A stretch of DNA of 30,402 nt from Rhodospirillales bacterium (lineage in GTDB: Bacteria; Pseudomonadota; Alphaproteobacteria; Bin95), in the NCBI GenBank assembly GCA_038143065.1, contig JAYQLI010000036.1, positions 1 through 30,402 on the forward strand, in the 5' to 3' direction. Positions 8,819-18,216 of the stretch are shown here, in pieces; position 1 is the stretch's first letter, and the number at the start of each line of letters is the position of its first letter. Below the pieces are notes generated by a model. That model was not told where the DNA came from. It worked only from the letters and a program-made list of their open reading frames with translations, and made no database searches. The translations under genes were made by a program, and so were the position numbers.

Positions 8819-10176
8819 TTGATCCGCGAATTGAGTTACGCTATTTTGGCGATTCACCGATTGGATCCGCAATTTGTCGATAATGCGCCTTGTCATGAAA
8901 TCATTGAAGATGGTGCCAGCCTCAGCCAGCCAGGGCATGGGCTTGACGCGCTTCCGATTCCAGTTTCAACCCCCGGATTTGACAGCGCCCCAACATTAAG
9001 CGCCGGCAATGTCATCACCAAAGATCCGGAAACCGGCGTGCAGAATATGGGCACTTACCGCTGCGCCTTGAAAGCACCTGACCGGCTGGTGGTTCGCATG
9101 GCAACACGTGTTGGCGGTGCTGGCGGTTATCAGCATTATCAAAAATGCCAGCAAATGGGCATTACCGAAATGCCGGTTGCGATTGTTCTTGGCTGTCCGC
9201 CCTATGTTGCCTTTATGGGGCCACAAAATTGCCACTTGGCGTTGATGAATTTACAGTTGCTGGCGGTCTTGCTGGCGCGCCCATCAATGTAACAAAACCA
9301 AAGCATTGATCTGGTGGTGCCTGCCGAGGCCGAAATTGTGATTGAAGGCTTTATCGACACAACGCGGGTTGAACCCGAAGGCCCCTTTGGCGAGTCACAT
9401 GGCCATATCGCGCTTGAAGAATATAATATGCCAATGCGCATTACGGCGATAACTCGCCGTCAAAAAGCGATTGTTCCATCTTATATCAGTCAGGTAGCAC
9501 CAAGCGAGTCCAGCGTCATCAAACGCGTCGCCTATGAGCCGTTATTCCTGCGCCATCTTCGTGATGAGAACAATATCAAAGGCGTCAAAAAAGTGTCGCT
9601 TCACGAGCCATTGACCGGCTTGCTTCGGGTGACCGTTATCACTTGTGATGCTAATATGCCCCGAACCGAATATGGGCGCGCTCTACAGCGGCCTTTTTCA
9701 AAGGTGATTGCAGCAAAATCTGTATTGCCGTGAATGAAGATATTGATGTTGATAATGCCGATGCGCTTTTATGGGCAATGTCCTATCGCACCAACCCGTC
9801 CGAAGATATGCAAACCCTGCCTCACCGCGGCCAAGGTCATGGCCCGAAACGCGAACATGATGGCGAAGAAGATTCAAGCGTTCTAATTGACGCCACAATG
9901 AAATCACCAATGCCGCCGCTGGCCTTGCCCGGCAAAGAATATATGGAACGTGCCAGGGATATCTGGGACGAGCTTGGTTTGCCGCAGCTTAATGTTCAAA
10001 TGCCGTGGCATGGCTATTCGCTTGGGGCATGGCATCAGATCTGGGACGATGCTGGACGGCGCGCCGCCGCTGGTGACTATCTGGAAAATGGCCGCATCTC
10101 GGAAGAACAAGCCCATGAAAACCTAAAGCCTGAATCCAAGCTAGACCCCGATACAGGCCTTCCCATGAAAAAATAG
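8819..10176 (+). pseudogene. UbiD-family prFMN-dependent decarboxylase, N-terminus missing
   Basis: APCHE, LDALPIP, ITKDPETGVQNMGTYR, VAIVLG, VPAEAEIVIEG, EGPFGE, NEDID..LLWAM..R.NP, LIDAT over three ORFs; upstream is AT-rich non-coding DNA and the repeat. Confidence 0.8.
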
Positions 10177-10313
10177 CTGCACTTTGGTATCTATTTTCTA
10201 GCTACCAAAACGGCATATCAGCTGGGCTATTGAAAGGAATGGTGGGGCAAAATTTACTCAAGACCCTACCATTAAAAAGTGGGTATAAGGGGGCTCTGGT
10301 AACCCTGTTTTAT

Positions 10314-11351
10314 CTAAACAGTAGCCACAGGTGTGACAGGAGAACCTACCGCGCCAGTAAGCCGTAGCGGAGGTGCCGTAAGAAAAAAGCGGTTCCTCCC
10401 ATTAGCGGACAGCCATTCAGCTAATTCTTCCAAATACCATAGCTCACCCAAAGGCACCCCAAGTCTAAAAAGGCATTTATTGTGGATAGGTAAACGAGGG
10501 CCTTTGTAATCCTCTGGTCGTTGTATACGCGCATCTTCAACGGCAAAATTATCGGCAATAAGCGCAGCTATCTGACTGGTCTCAATCCAATCTAAAAGTT
10601 TTGGATCGTCTCCGTTTAGTACAGCACAGGAGCTATGTAATTTTTCTGCATTTGGTTTTAGTTTCATTCCATAAAGCATAGTCGCCCAGCCTGTATGCAG
10701 AACCAGCATGTCACCCGGCTCAACAACAACACCATCTTGTTTCATTACACGTTCCAAATCGTCAAAGCTGACAGACACACGTTCGTCACCAAAATGCTGA
10801 TGAAGGTCAATTAAAACGCCACGGCCTTGAACACATGTTGCAGCCATATTCTCAATTCCAAGGCGTTCAGCTTTAGCAGATCCACTTTGATCTGAGCCTT
10901 CAACATCTGCAGGGCCTTTAATATGTTTTCCACCTCGCCAGCCGTTGTAATAGACTATCTCTTCAAAGCCATCATCATCTGCGTCAAATAAAGCGCCCGC
11001 GTGTCCAAGGCTGTCCCACTGTGTCGAATACTGTGTGTGTAACAAGACGCTGTCGTCTGACGATACATCCTCAAAACCAGAATGATAATCTCGCCACCTT
11101 AGGTTGTAATAATGGCTATTGTCCGAGTGGAAAGTTGGTTTTAGAACAGGTGGAAAGCGCTTGGGGTTTACGGAATTTCCACCCGGATAATCAAGAGGCA
11201 AGCTCAAGCAAAAGCTAATCCCTGCCTTAACCTCTTTAACCGCCTCAAGCCGTCGTTCAGGGGTCAGCAAATTGATCCGTCCAACTTGATCATCATGTCC
11301 AAAATCACCCCAAGTTGAGCCTTCAGGCCGGTTCTTCCACCTCTTATTCAT
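10314..11351 (-). CDS. Cyclase family (kynurenine formamidase-like) metal-dependent hydrolase
   Basis: Intact 345 aa; WGDFG.DDQVGRINLLTPE, QYSTQWDSLGH, GRGVLID, PGD..LHTGW, ADNFAVE, GELWYL, GAVGSPVTPVA. Confidence 0.9.
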   Translation of the reverse strand: MNKRWKNRPEGSTWGDFGHDDQVGRINLLTPERRLEAVKEVKAGISFCLSLPLDYPGGNSVNPKRFPPVLKPTFHSDNSHYYNLRWRDYHSGFEDVSSDDSVLLHTQYSTQWDSLGHAGALFDADDDGFEEIVYYNGWRGGKHIKGPADVEGSDQSGSAKAERLGIENMAATCVQGRGVLIDLHQHFGDERVSVSFDDLERVMKQDGVVVEPGDMLVLHTGWATMLYGMKLKPNAEKLHSSCAVLNGDDPKLLDWIETSQIAALIADNFAVEDARIQRPEDYKGPRLPIHNKCLFRLGVPLGELWYLEELAEWLSANGRNRFFLTAPPLRLTGAVGSPVTPVATV

Positions 11352-12997
11352 GATTGATTTCCCAATTCAACAGGATACGAAACTGGTGTTGAACCGCCAA
11401 ATGACGGCATGAACGTGGAATGTAAGCTTGCCCCACCCGCGACGCATATCAGAAAGCCATCTGGATTTTTGGTCATTGGCACATCACTATCTTCGGTAAG
11501 AACTCCCAAGTCCCCTAATCTCGGAGTTCTCATCATTTCTTGGTTTTTTGGTGCAAATTCTGAAAATTTTAGCTTTGTCATTTCAAACAGGGATTTTTTA
11601 ACTTCGTGGATACCAATTTTTTCTTTTTCAAAAATTTGAGCATGTTCTGGGCAAAGCACCAGAAGCGGCGAACCGCCAAACATGTAGTCGTTACTGCCCG
11701 CACTTTTGATACTTTTTGCGATCATTTCTATCAATTCTTGGGCTGACGTGGCTTTGATTATCATGTTCGCCGTTCCTGTGACCCCAACTAACGTCACGGC
11801 ATCTTGACTTATGCTGACAGCATTTTCGGTTTGCGACCTCAGCGGTGGCCAATCAACAACACCCTCAAGCTCAGCAAAACAGAAAGTGTACTTACCGGGT
11901 TGGCCAATGGTTGCAGGGTCAACACCACTTTCCGCGCTTGCGCCACCAATATTCCGCATACATAGTTTTAGTGTCCTTCCAAGTGATGCGTTGTTCACAT
12001 TTCCGCCGCCCAACGCTCCAGACTTGTTGTTAAAACCATTTTTGTCAGTCGACGGACCTCCCACAACTATCACTGGTGTGACGGGGTTGGTTGTTGTCTG
12101 TAGGTTAAAAACTTGAAAATGAGGGTCACATAGCGCTCGCATTACGGCGGCCGCATATGGCGCAATATCTGGGGGCATCCCAGTCATAACGGCATTCGCT
12201 GCGATAACATCAGGTGTAGCCAAACCATTCCTAGGCGGAACACGAAGAGGGCTATCATCGAGCTGCGAGGTTGGCCAAAAGTTCAGAATTTCATTTACTC
12301 GTTCTCTTGTCGGAAGAAAAATGGGTAGACCGTCAGAAACACCAAGACCTGACAATAGAGTGGAGCCGCGATAGTCAGCATCAGGCTCGGGGATTCTTGC
12401 CAATTTTTTGCCAACTTTTAAAAACTCCTCGCTGCTCGACAGAAGTTGGTCTTCATCATCACAATTAACCTTTGTTTTACCAGACAACTTGGATTCTAGT
12501 TCAGTAAAGCTCTTCCTTGAAAGCTTCTCTGTTTGCCCAGATGTAAGTGAGGAAAGAGGATGGGGTATTACCATTACTCGAACGCCATCATGACTCTCAG
12601 GCAATGAAATCTCTGCTAGGCCAACAAATGCATCTGTGCAAAGCAATATTGTTGGAACGCCAATATTGGCCAAAGTCGCAGCATCAATTGCGCCTTGCGA
12701 GGCAGCTGTGCCGCCGTCGCAAATTCCTACAATCACCAAATCAGCCATCTCTTTAAATTTCTGGTAACGGGCCGCACCACCGGCGGCCATCGGACCTTCT
12801 TTCATGAGAGTTAAGGTATCAATTGCCCCGGCATTCAAAGACAGTTCAGCCCATTTACTGAAGAAGCCCTCAACGTTCGATTTCCCGTTACCAAAAAAAC
12901 CTATTCGATGTCCCGCAAGCCGGGTTGGCCACGAGATTTTTGCGCCACTCTCTGAGACGACTGCTTTTTCTCCGCGGGGGTCCAAGATTTCAACCAA
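11348..12997 (-). CDS. UGSC-family domain fused to its commonly adjacent uncharacterised partner domain
   Basis: N-term ILDP..LAG.RIG..N.K.N, D.VIVG.CDGGTA, GVPT, IPHPL; C-term DGLP..PT.ERV, IAANAVM.G, GR.L.L..RNIGG, GQPGKY..AE; ATGA overlap with the cyclase. Confidence 0.65.
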   Translation of the reverse strand: MVEILDPRGEKAVVSESGAKISWPTRLAGHRIGFFGNGKSNVEGFFSKWAELSLNAGAIDTLTLMKEGPMAAGGAARYQKFKEMADLVIVGICDGGTAASQGAIDAATLANIGVPTILLCTDAFVGLAEISLPESHDGVRVMVIPHPLSSLTSGQTEKLSRKSFTELESKLSGKTKVNCDDEDQLLSSSEEFLKVGKKLARIPEPDADYRGSTLLSGLGVSDGLPIFLPTRERVNEILNFWPTSQLDDSPLRVPPRNGLATPDVIAANAVMTGMPPDIAPYAAAVMRALCDPHFQVFNLQTTTNPVTPVIVVGGPSTDKNGFNNKSGALGGGNVNNASLGRTLKLCMRNIGGASAESGVDPATIGQPGKYTFCFAELEGVVDWPPLRSQTENAVSISQDAVTLVGVTGTANMIIKATSAQELIEMIAKSIKSAGSNDYMFGGSPLLVLCPEHAQIFEKEKIGIHEVKKSLFEMTKLKFSEFAPKNQEMMRTPRLGDLGVLTEDSDVPMTKNPDGFLICVAGGASLHSTFMPSFGGSTPVSYPVELGNQS

Positions 12998-13156
12998 GCT
13001 TCTTCTCCGTTTGTCTTTTGTCCTTCGTATGTTTGCAAAATAAAAACATCAGAGCAAACTTACATCATGCGGAAAATTGGACGTCACTGAACAAAATTAC
13101 CGAACTTAGGACTTTTCAACTCATCAAAGTTCCGAGGTCCGCGGACAGTGCAACAG

Positions 13157-13630
13157 TTACTTTTGATCACCTAAAAGTTTTTTAGCTAACTTTACTCGGC
13201 TCTCTGGAGGCATTGACGCAATCTTTTTGACTAAAGTAGTTCGAACCAAGTCCAAACGGCGTGACAACCTAGAGTAATCCACTTCTATCAGAGCTAATAC
13301 TGCGTCGGCATCAAAGGGCGTTGCCTGAATAGCTTGGGCCAATTCTGTCGCCGTAGCTTGCCTAGCGCCTTTTTCCAGTCCAACACCTTTGCTTTGAGCC
13401 TCTTGGAACAAACGGCGGGTCTCACGCTGGTCCTCTCGATCCATTGCAAGCAACAGGGACCTAAGACCAGAAAAACGTTCGGGCAAGCCCACCCTTTGGG
13501 GCGAACCCAAATTAACTACCCGCAAATCCTTGTAGCCCTCCAAGCCAAAAAAACTGCCTATTGCGCCTACCACAAATAAGTTCGCAGCAAGTGAGATCCA
13601 CAGTAATAATTTCATTGTTTTTTTTGACAT
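13157..13630 (-). CDS. Periplasmic heavy-metal sensor (Metal_resist, Spy/CpxP-like)
   Basis: LLLWISLAANLFVVGA anchor, A.PFDADA, MPPESR..LA. Confidence 0.8.
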   Translation of the reverse strand: MSKKTMKLLLWISLAANLFVVGAIGSFFGLEGYKDLRVVNLGSPQRVGLPERFSGLRSLLLAMDREDQRETRRLFQEAQSKGVGLEKGARQATATELAQAIQATPFDADAVLALIEVDYSRLSRRLDLVRTTLVKKIASMPPESRVKLAKKLLGDQK

Positions 13631-13639
13631 TATTTTCTC

Positions 13640-14028
13640 CTAGGTGTGTGCCAGATAAAATCCCAGCTCATCACTCAGCCCAACCAAATCACTTAAGCGC
13701 TCCATTTGGGAAAAGGCAGTCGTGATATCCAATACAAATTTGGGAGGGTTGAACCCAACAATATTCCAAAGAACATAGCCGAAACCAAGCCTGCCCTTGG
13801 GAGCCAGCCGCGGGCCTGAGCTAAAACGTTGGCCAATTGATCAAATAACGGTCGTTCCTCAGGTGCGATTGCAATCTGCGGCTTCTTTAGCGCAGCCTCT
13901 ATGGCTTGGTTTTGTAGACGTTCGAGAAACTGCTCGCTCATTTCCAGTGTTGTTTTCTGAGTTTCATCAAATAGAAGGCCCAATTCATGCTCGTTCAATG
14001 GCGGATACTTGAAATCTTTATTAGTCAT
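13640..14028 (-). CDS. Putative single-pass anti-sigma factor (frameshifted 3' end)
   Basis: EL..LF..SEQFLERL, then a GW..AGL..A..FG..LG transmembrane segment; start overlaps the sigma stop. Confidence 0.6.
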
Positions 14029-14579
14029 CTTCCAATCCTAATGTTTTTTTTGTGGGGCTAATGTTCTCGCCAAGGCTTGCTTGCCACGCGACACTAAACT
14101 TTCAACAGCTTCTATGGAAATCCCCATAATCTCAGAAATATCTGGGTTCGGCAGGCCTACAATGTGACGCAAAATGACCGCTCGCTTTTGCCGATCCGGC
14201 AGGGTCTCCAGCGCGTCGCAAGGCCTGCAGCCGCTCCTTGTTTTGTAAATTGCATTCCACATCTGGCGTATCATCTACCACTTCTTGCTGCACATCACCT
14301 GAATTGCGATTTGATTTCCGCAAATGGTCAATGCATAGATTAAACGTCACACGATAGAGCCAAGTGGTGATCTTTGCTTTGTTCGCCTTCCATTTTGGGG
14401 CCGCTTTCCAAAGACGTAAAAGACTCTCTTGGGTCACATCTTCCGCCTCTGCACGGTCATTCAGGATCCGGAGGGCTTGGCTGAAAACGACAGGAGCCAG
14501 ACGTGAATTCAAAGCAATAGCTGCAGCGATCACCATTTGAAAATCTAGCAAGAAGTTCCTCATCCCTGTGGCTTTTCAT
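14021..14579 (-). CDS. ECF RNA polymerase sigma factor (frameshifted)
   Basis: MKSHRDEELLARF..GD, AEAEDVTQE..LRLW, TWLYRV..NLCIDHLR, LPDRQK.AVILRH..GL.N.DI.EIMG.S.EAVESL.SRG. Confidence 0.9.
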
Positions 14580-14785
14580 TGTTTCTAAAAAGTCATCTGT
14601 ACAAGAATTTTCAAACCACCTTCCAATTTCGTCTCAGCCCTTACTTAATCAAATCTACGGCAAAACCAATGTCGTTGTTATCAACACTGGTTGTCTAACG
14701 TGCTGGGCGTTGCAAAGAAATCATATAACCAAAATCACGGCGATTAGGGGCATCGGGGCCAAGGCGGCAATTAAATTACAAATAA

Positions 14786-15301
14786 CTAGCCATTCTTCGA
14801 TGCCATAGGCTCGGACTTTGGTATCTCATCCATAAACATTTCTTGTTCTGTAAAGGCCTTAAGTTCTTTATCAGTTAGGCTCTTTGCTTTTGGCCTTGTC
14901 ATCCTGCTATTCATTGGAAGCGTCAAACTCTTTTGAGAAATCATCCCATCTTTATTTTTATCAAGATATTTAATCATCCGTTGCCCGCCAAGCCTGGCTT
15001 GCATTTCTGCTTGCTCGACAGCGCCGTTTCCATTTGTGTCCAGGCGCTTAAGTAACCAGTTTGACCGTTTTGTCATTGTGAGCATTAACTCATCTCTGCT
15101 CAGGCTACCGTTGCCGTCGATATCAATATTTGCAAACCTTGCTGTGCCATAGGTCTGAATTTCAGCCTTGGTGATCATACCATCACCATTGGTATCCAGA
15201 ACTGAAAACACTGTTCTATCGCCGCGGAGATGCTGTGCAAATGCTGGGAAGAATGTTAGTGCAGCCATGGTAGCTAATGTCAGAATTGCGATCTTGTTCA
15301 T
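14786..15301 (-). CDS. Secreted EF-hand calcium-binding protein
   Basis: Signal peptide; four EF loops DTNGDGMITKAE, DIDGNGSLSRDE, DTNGNGAVEQAE, DKNKDGMIS; true 3' end probably shifted by an indel. Confidence 0.85.
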   Translation of the reverse strand: MNKIAILTLATMAALTFFPAFAQHLRGDRTVFSVLDTNGDGMITKAEIQTYGTARFANIDIDGNGSLSRDELMLTMTKRSNWLLKRLDTNGNGAVEQAEMQARLGGQRMIKYLDKNKDGMISQKSLTLPMNSRMTRPKAKSLTDKELKAFTEQEMFMDEIPKSEPMASKNG

Positions 15302-15436
15302 TTATAAATTCCCTCCAGTTGATCTGTTTGTGGTTGTTCGAGCGCGTAGCAATTTTCCTGCTTGTGTTGATAGAACGCACCAGCTCAAAGACTCCGTCGA
15401 ATAAACTGGAAAATTATTTTAGATCTAACTTGCTGG

Positions 15437-15590
15437 CCTTAATGAAACTGTATCTCATAGCCTCCGCAAACCCATCAAGCTCCAAGGTCCAAGGCGCAAC
15501 GCCCAACCCAATCTAGGCCCCCTTTGGCCAAAGTCATTCTGAAACAGGAAAATGATCCAGTAATTCGGTCCGTGTTCCACGGTCCATGGA
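15437..15590 (-). repeat. Att-arm repeat copy 4 (inverted; distal part plus 3-4 heptamers, core-proximal part absent)
   Basis: Reverse complement of 15437-15563 aligns to 8579-8712 (e.g. tttcagaatgactttggcc, cctagattggg, tgggcgttgcgc); 15557-15590 resembles 7020-7053. Confidence 0.88.
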
Positions 15591-15616
15591 AATGAGTTCA
15601 AGAGCAATTTAAACGT

Positions 15617-15657
15617 GGCAATGAACGCGGCAATGAACGCGGCAATGAACGCGGCAA
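15617..15657 (+). repeat. Perfect 12-bp tandem repeat (GGCAATGAACGC) x3.4
   Basis: Direct reading; a degenerate partial unit (aacgt) precedes it. Confidence 0.95.
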
Positions 15658-15715
15658 AAATTCAGAACACAAAAAAGAAGCCTCAATCCACTTTATTGTA
15701 ATAATGTGTATTTTT

Positions 15716-15773
15716 TGTTGCGGGGGCGCGCAACCGCCGTTACTTGCACCTAAATTTTGCGCCGCTGGTGTAA
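15716..15773 (+). mobile_element. att scar: tRNA-fMet 3' end (minus strand) overlapping the C-terminal codons of a large serine recombinase
   Basis: Minus strand GCCCCCGCAAC matches the initiator tRNA end (GCCCCCGCAACCA); plus frame 15717-15773 reads VAGARNRRYLHLNFAPLV*; dyad gttgcg..cgcaac. Confidence 0.65.
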
Positions 15774-16039
15774 ATCCGGTTGAACTTTCTGTGCCGGCGC
15801 TATACCGGCGTGATCCATGGTAACCGTTATTGTTTTTTTCACAAAAACACAGTATTTCCGCAATATATCGAGACTATCCCATAGTCCCGAGGGTCACTGG
15901 ATCGTTACGGTTATCTGTTATTTGAAGATCTAAACCCTCACGACATTTAGCCCTTCTCCCGCGTGCAACAGATTTGTTAGAAAATATCGACAAAATATCG
16001 CAAGCAACTCTCAATTTGAAACATGAATGAAATAATTAA

Positions 16040-16109
16040 CCTCTATTTTTTTAACACATCATTTTTTCACTCCTAGACTCGGCCAGCGCTTGCGTTGGCC
16101 TTTTTTTTT
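16040..16109 (+). ncRNA. Possible alphaproteobacterial suhB/alpha-r8 (MmgR)-like small RNA
   Basis: Pyrimidine-rich anti-SD-like tttcactcctagact directly before a strong terminator in a gene-free region. Confidence 0.3.
16081..16109 (+). terminator. Rho-independent terminator
   Basis: ggccagcgc-tt-gcgttggcc hairpin followed by a T9 run. Confidence 0.8.
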
Positions 16110-16199
16110 GACATAGTTATACTCTGATCTGCTGGTTCGGCGGTTCGCTTATTCGGCGCAAAAAAGGGCTATTTTCATAATCTTTAGGGGAGAATGCTA

Positions 16200-17198
16200 A
16201 TGGATGGGGTCATTGATCTCAGCTACGAGTTCGCTGGAGCGACAAGAGCAACATACCAGACACAGTTGGTCAGGGATGGATTGCCGCAGAGCTAAGCGAG
16301 GGTGACTGGACAATTGCGGTTAGTGATGAAGCGTTAGAAGAAATCGACCAAATGGTTGTTCTCATGCGCAATCAACCGTTGCCAATGTTGCTTCGCAACG
16401 TAATGGATTTGACATATCCACTCGCGCACTGTACAACAAAGTGAAAAAGTTTGTGACTGCGGCGCTGGTTTCGCTGTTATAGATAAATTACCCATAGATG
16501 AATATGACATTGATGAAATGCTCGCTGTTTACTGGGTTCTTGGGCAGTTATTAGGCACTAATGTCGCGCAAAAATGGAATGGCACCATGATCTATGATGT
16601 CACCGATACGGGTCAGAAATATGGATATGGTGTTAGAGGCTCAGCCACGAATGTAGAGCTTGTATTTCATACGGACAATGCCTTTGGCATTGCAGTGCCG
16701 GATTATGTGGGTTTGTTATGTAAATATCCCGCAAAAACTGGTGGCTTAAGCCGTTTTTGCAGTCTTTACACTGTTCATCATCGTCTGGCAGAGCAATACC
16801 CACAGGCGCTGAAGCGTCTTTACAAGCCTGTTTATTTTGACAGGCAAGCAGAGCACGCTCCGGGTGAGCCAAAAACTACGTTAGCGCCAATGTTTAGCTG
16901 GCAAAATGGAAGATTGCGCTGTCGGGCAAACAGCTCTCTGGTGCGAAAAGGATATGAAGTTGCCGGCATAAAAATGGATCATGATCTCGCCAACGCATTA
17001 GACGCTATCGACGACATCACATCATCATCAGATTTGTGGATAGAGGCGCCATTAAGGCGCGGCCAAGTTCAGTACCTTAACAATCATGAGCTTGGACATT
17101 ATAGATCAGATTTCGTTGATCACAGCGATCAATCAAAAAAACGACATCTCTATCGATTATGGCACCGTAATTTTGGCAGGGTCAATTATGACGGATGA
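16200..17198 (+). CDS. TauD/TfdA-family Fe(II)/2-oxoglutarate dioxygenase (5' part frameshifted)
   Basis: LVFHTDN (HxD), PDYVGLLC, GGLS, GQ.QYLNN..H.R..F.D, RHLYRLW; G.GFAVI upstream; GGGGAG RBS near 16187. Confidence 0.88.
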
Positions 17199-17272
17199 GA
17201 AGGCGGGCGGAACTGTCCCCCGCTACGTGCAGCAATCGTTATCCAGCATGTAAATGGTCAGAAGAGCCTTGC

Positions 17273-18050
17273 TTATCTGCTTCTGACCATATGAATGTTT
17301 TTGTGACCAAAAAAATTGCTGTGATAAAGGGACACAAAACCGGCCTTTGTCAAAAGGTCTATTGATGTTTCTATGTTTTCTTTGCTCCCGCCAGCTTCAA
17401 AATAAACATGCTGAATACGCTGGGCAAATTCACATTTGAGTAATTCACCAATGACAACACGCTCATAACCCTCGACGTCGATTTTGATGATCAACTCTTG
17501 TTCTGTTGTTGGGATAATGTCAGATAAATCTGACGCATTCACGCACTCTATTGAAACTGTATAACGTTCCTTAACAGCCGGTGATGGCGCGTCGAGTGAC
17601 AGAGACCCGCTATGATACTGATTTACAGAAACCTGCTTTGCCCTCTCTTATCAGCTATTGCGTAATGGTGAGCCGAGATGTTTTTGCGTTATTAACTCAA
17701 TATTTTTTGTTAAAAAACGTGACGTCGTTGGGTCTGGTTCAAAACAGTGGGAATGCACACAATAATGATTTTGACCTGCAATTAGCGAATACAATCCTGC
17801 ATTGGCACCAACATCGACAAAAACAAAATTTGACTTGTAGGTTTTAAGAAATCGTGAAAAATATTTTCCATAGAACCCAAAACAGCAAAACCAGAAGGTC
17901 ATATCCCATATTCTTGGTGACAGCTTTTGGGCCATAAACTGAAGTAATTCCTAAATTATAAAAATGAAATTTTTGGTAAAAACCAGTCTCGTTTAACCAC
18001 TTTTCAAAATGCTTTCGCAATTTAAAATGTGCAGGCTGGGATATAAGCAT
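17273..18050 (-). CDS. FkbM-family SAM methyltransferase (frameshifted, AT-rich)
   Basis: FVDVGANAGLYSL, CFEP, IKIDVEGYE..V. Confidence 0.8.
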
Positions 18051-18216
18051 AATCTATTTTTACAAAAACCTTTAGCAGTGGGGCATCATTTACTAACAGT
18101 TGGATCTATTGCGGTAATAAAGTGTGAGGATTACCTGGTCGCAGTTGCTAAATTGCCAACCGAAACATAACTTTCAGTGGTTGTCTTTAACGCATACACC
18201 TGTTCTCTGAGATAAG

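Noticed and set aside
12690-12730. Selenocysteine codon in the UGSC-like protein
   Set aside because: The motif position reads GAC GGC GGC ACA GCT; there is no TGA.
1-15590. Classical integron with attC cassettes
   Set aside because: Repeats are not per-gene, alternate in orientation, lack RYYYAAC..GTTRRRY hairpins, and cargo blocks are multi-gene.
15617-15657. CRISPR array
   Set aside because: 12-bp units with no spacers and no cas genes; the heptamer tracts also lack spacers.
15780-16030. Possible small gene fragment after the att scar
   Set aside because: Short broken frames with no assignable family.
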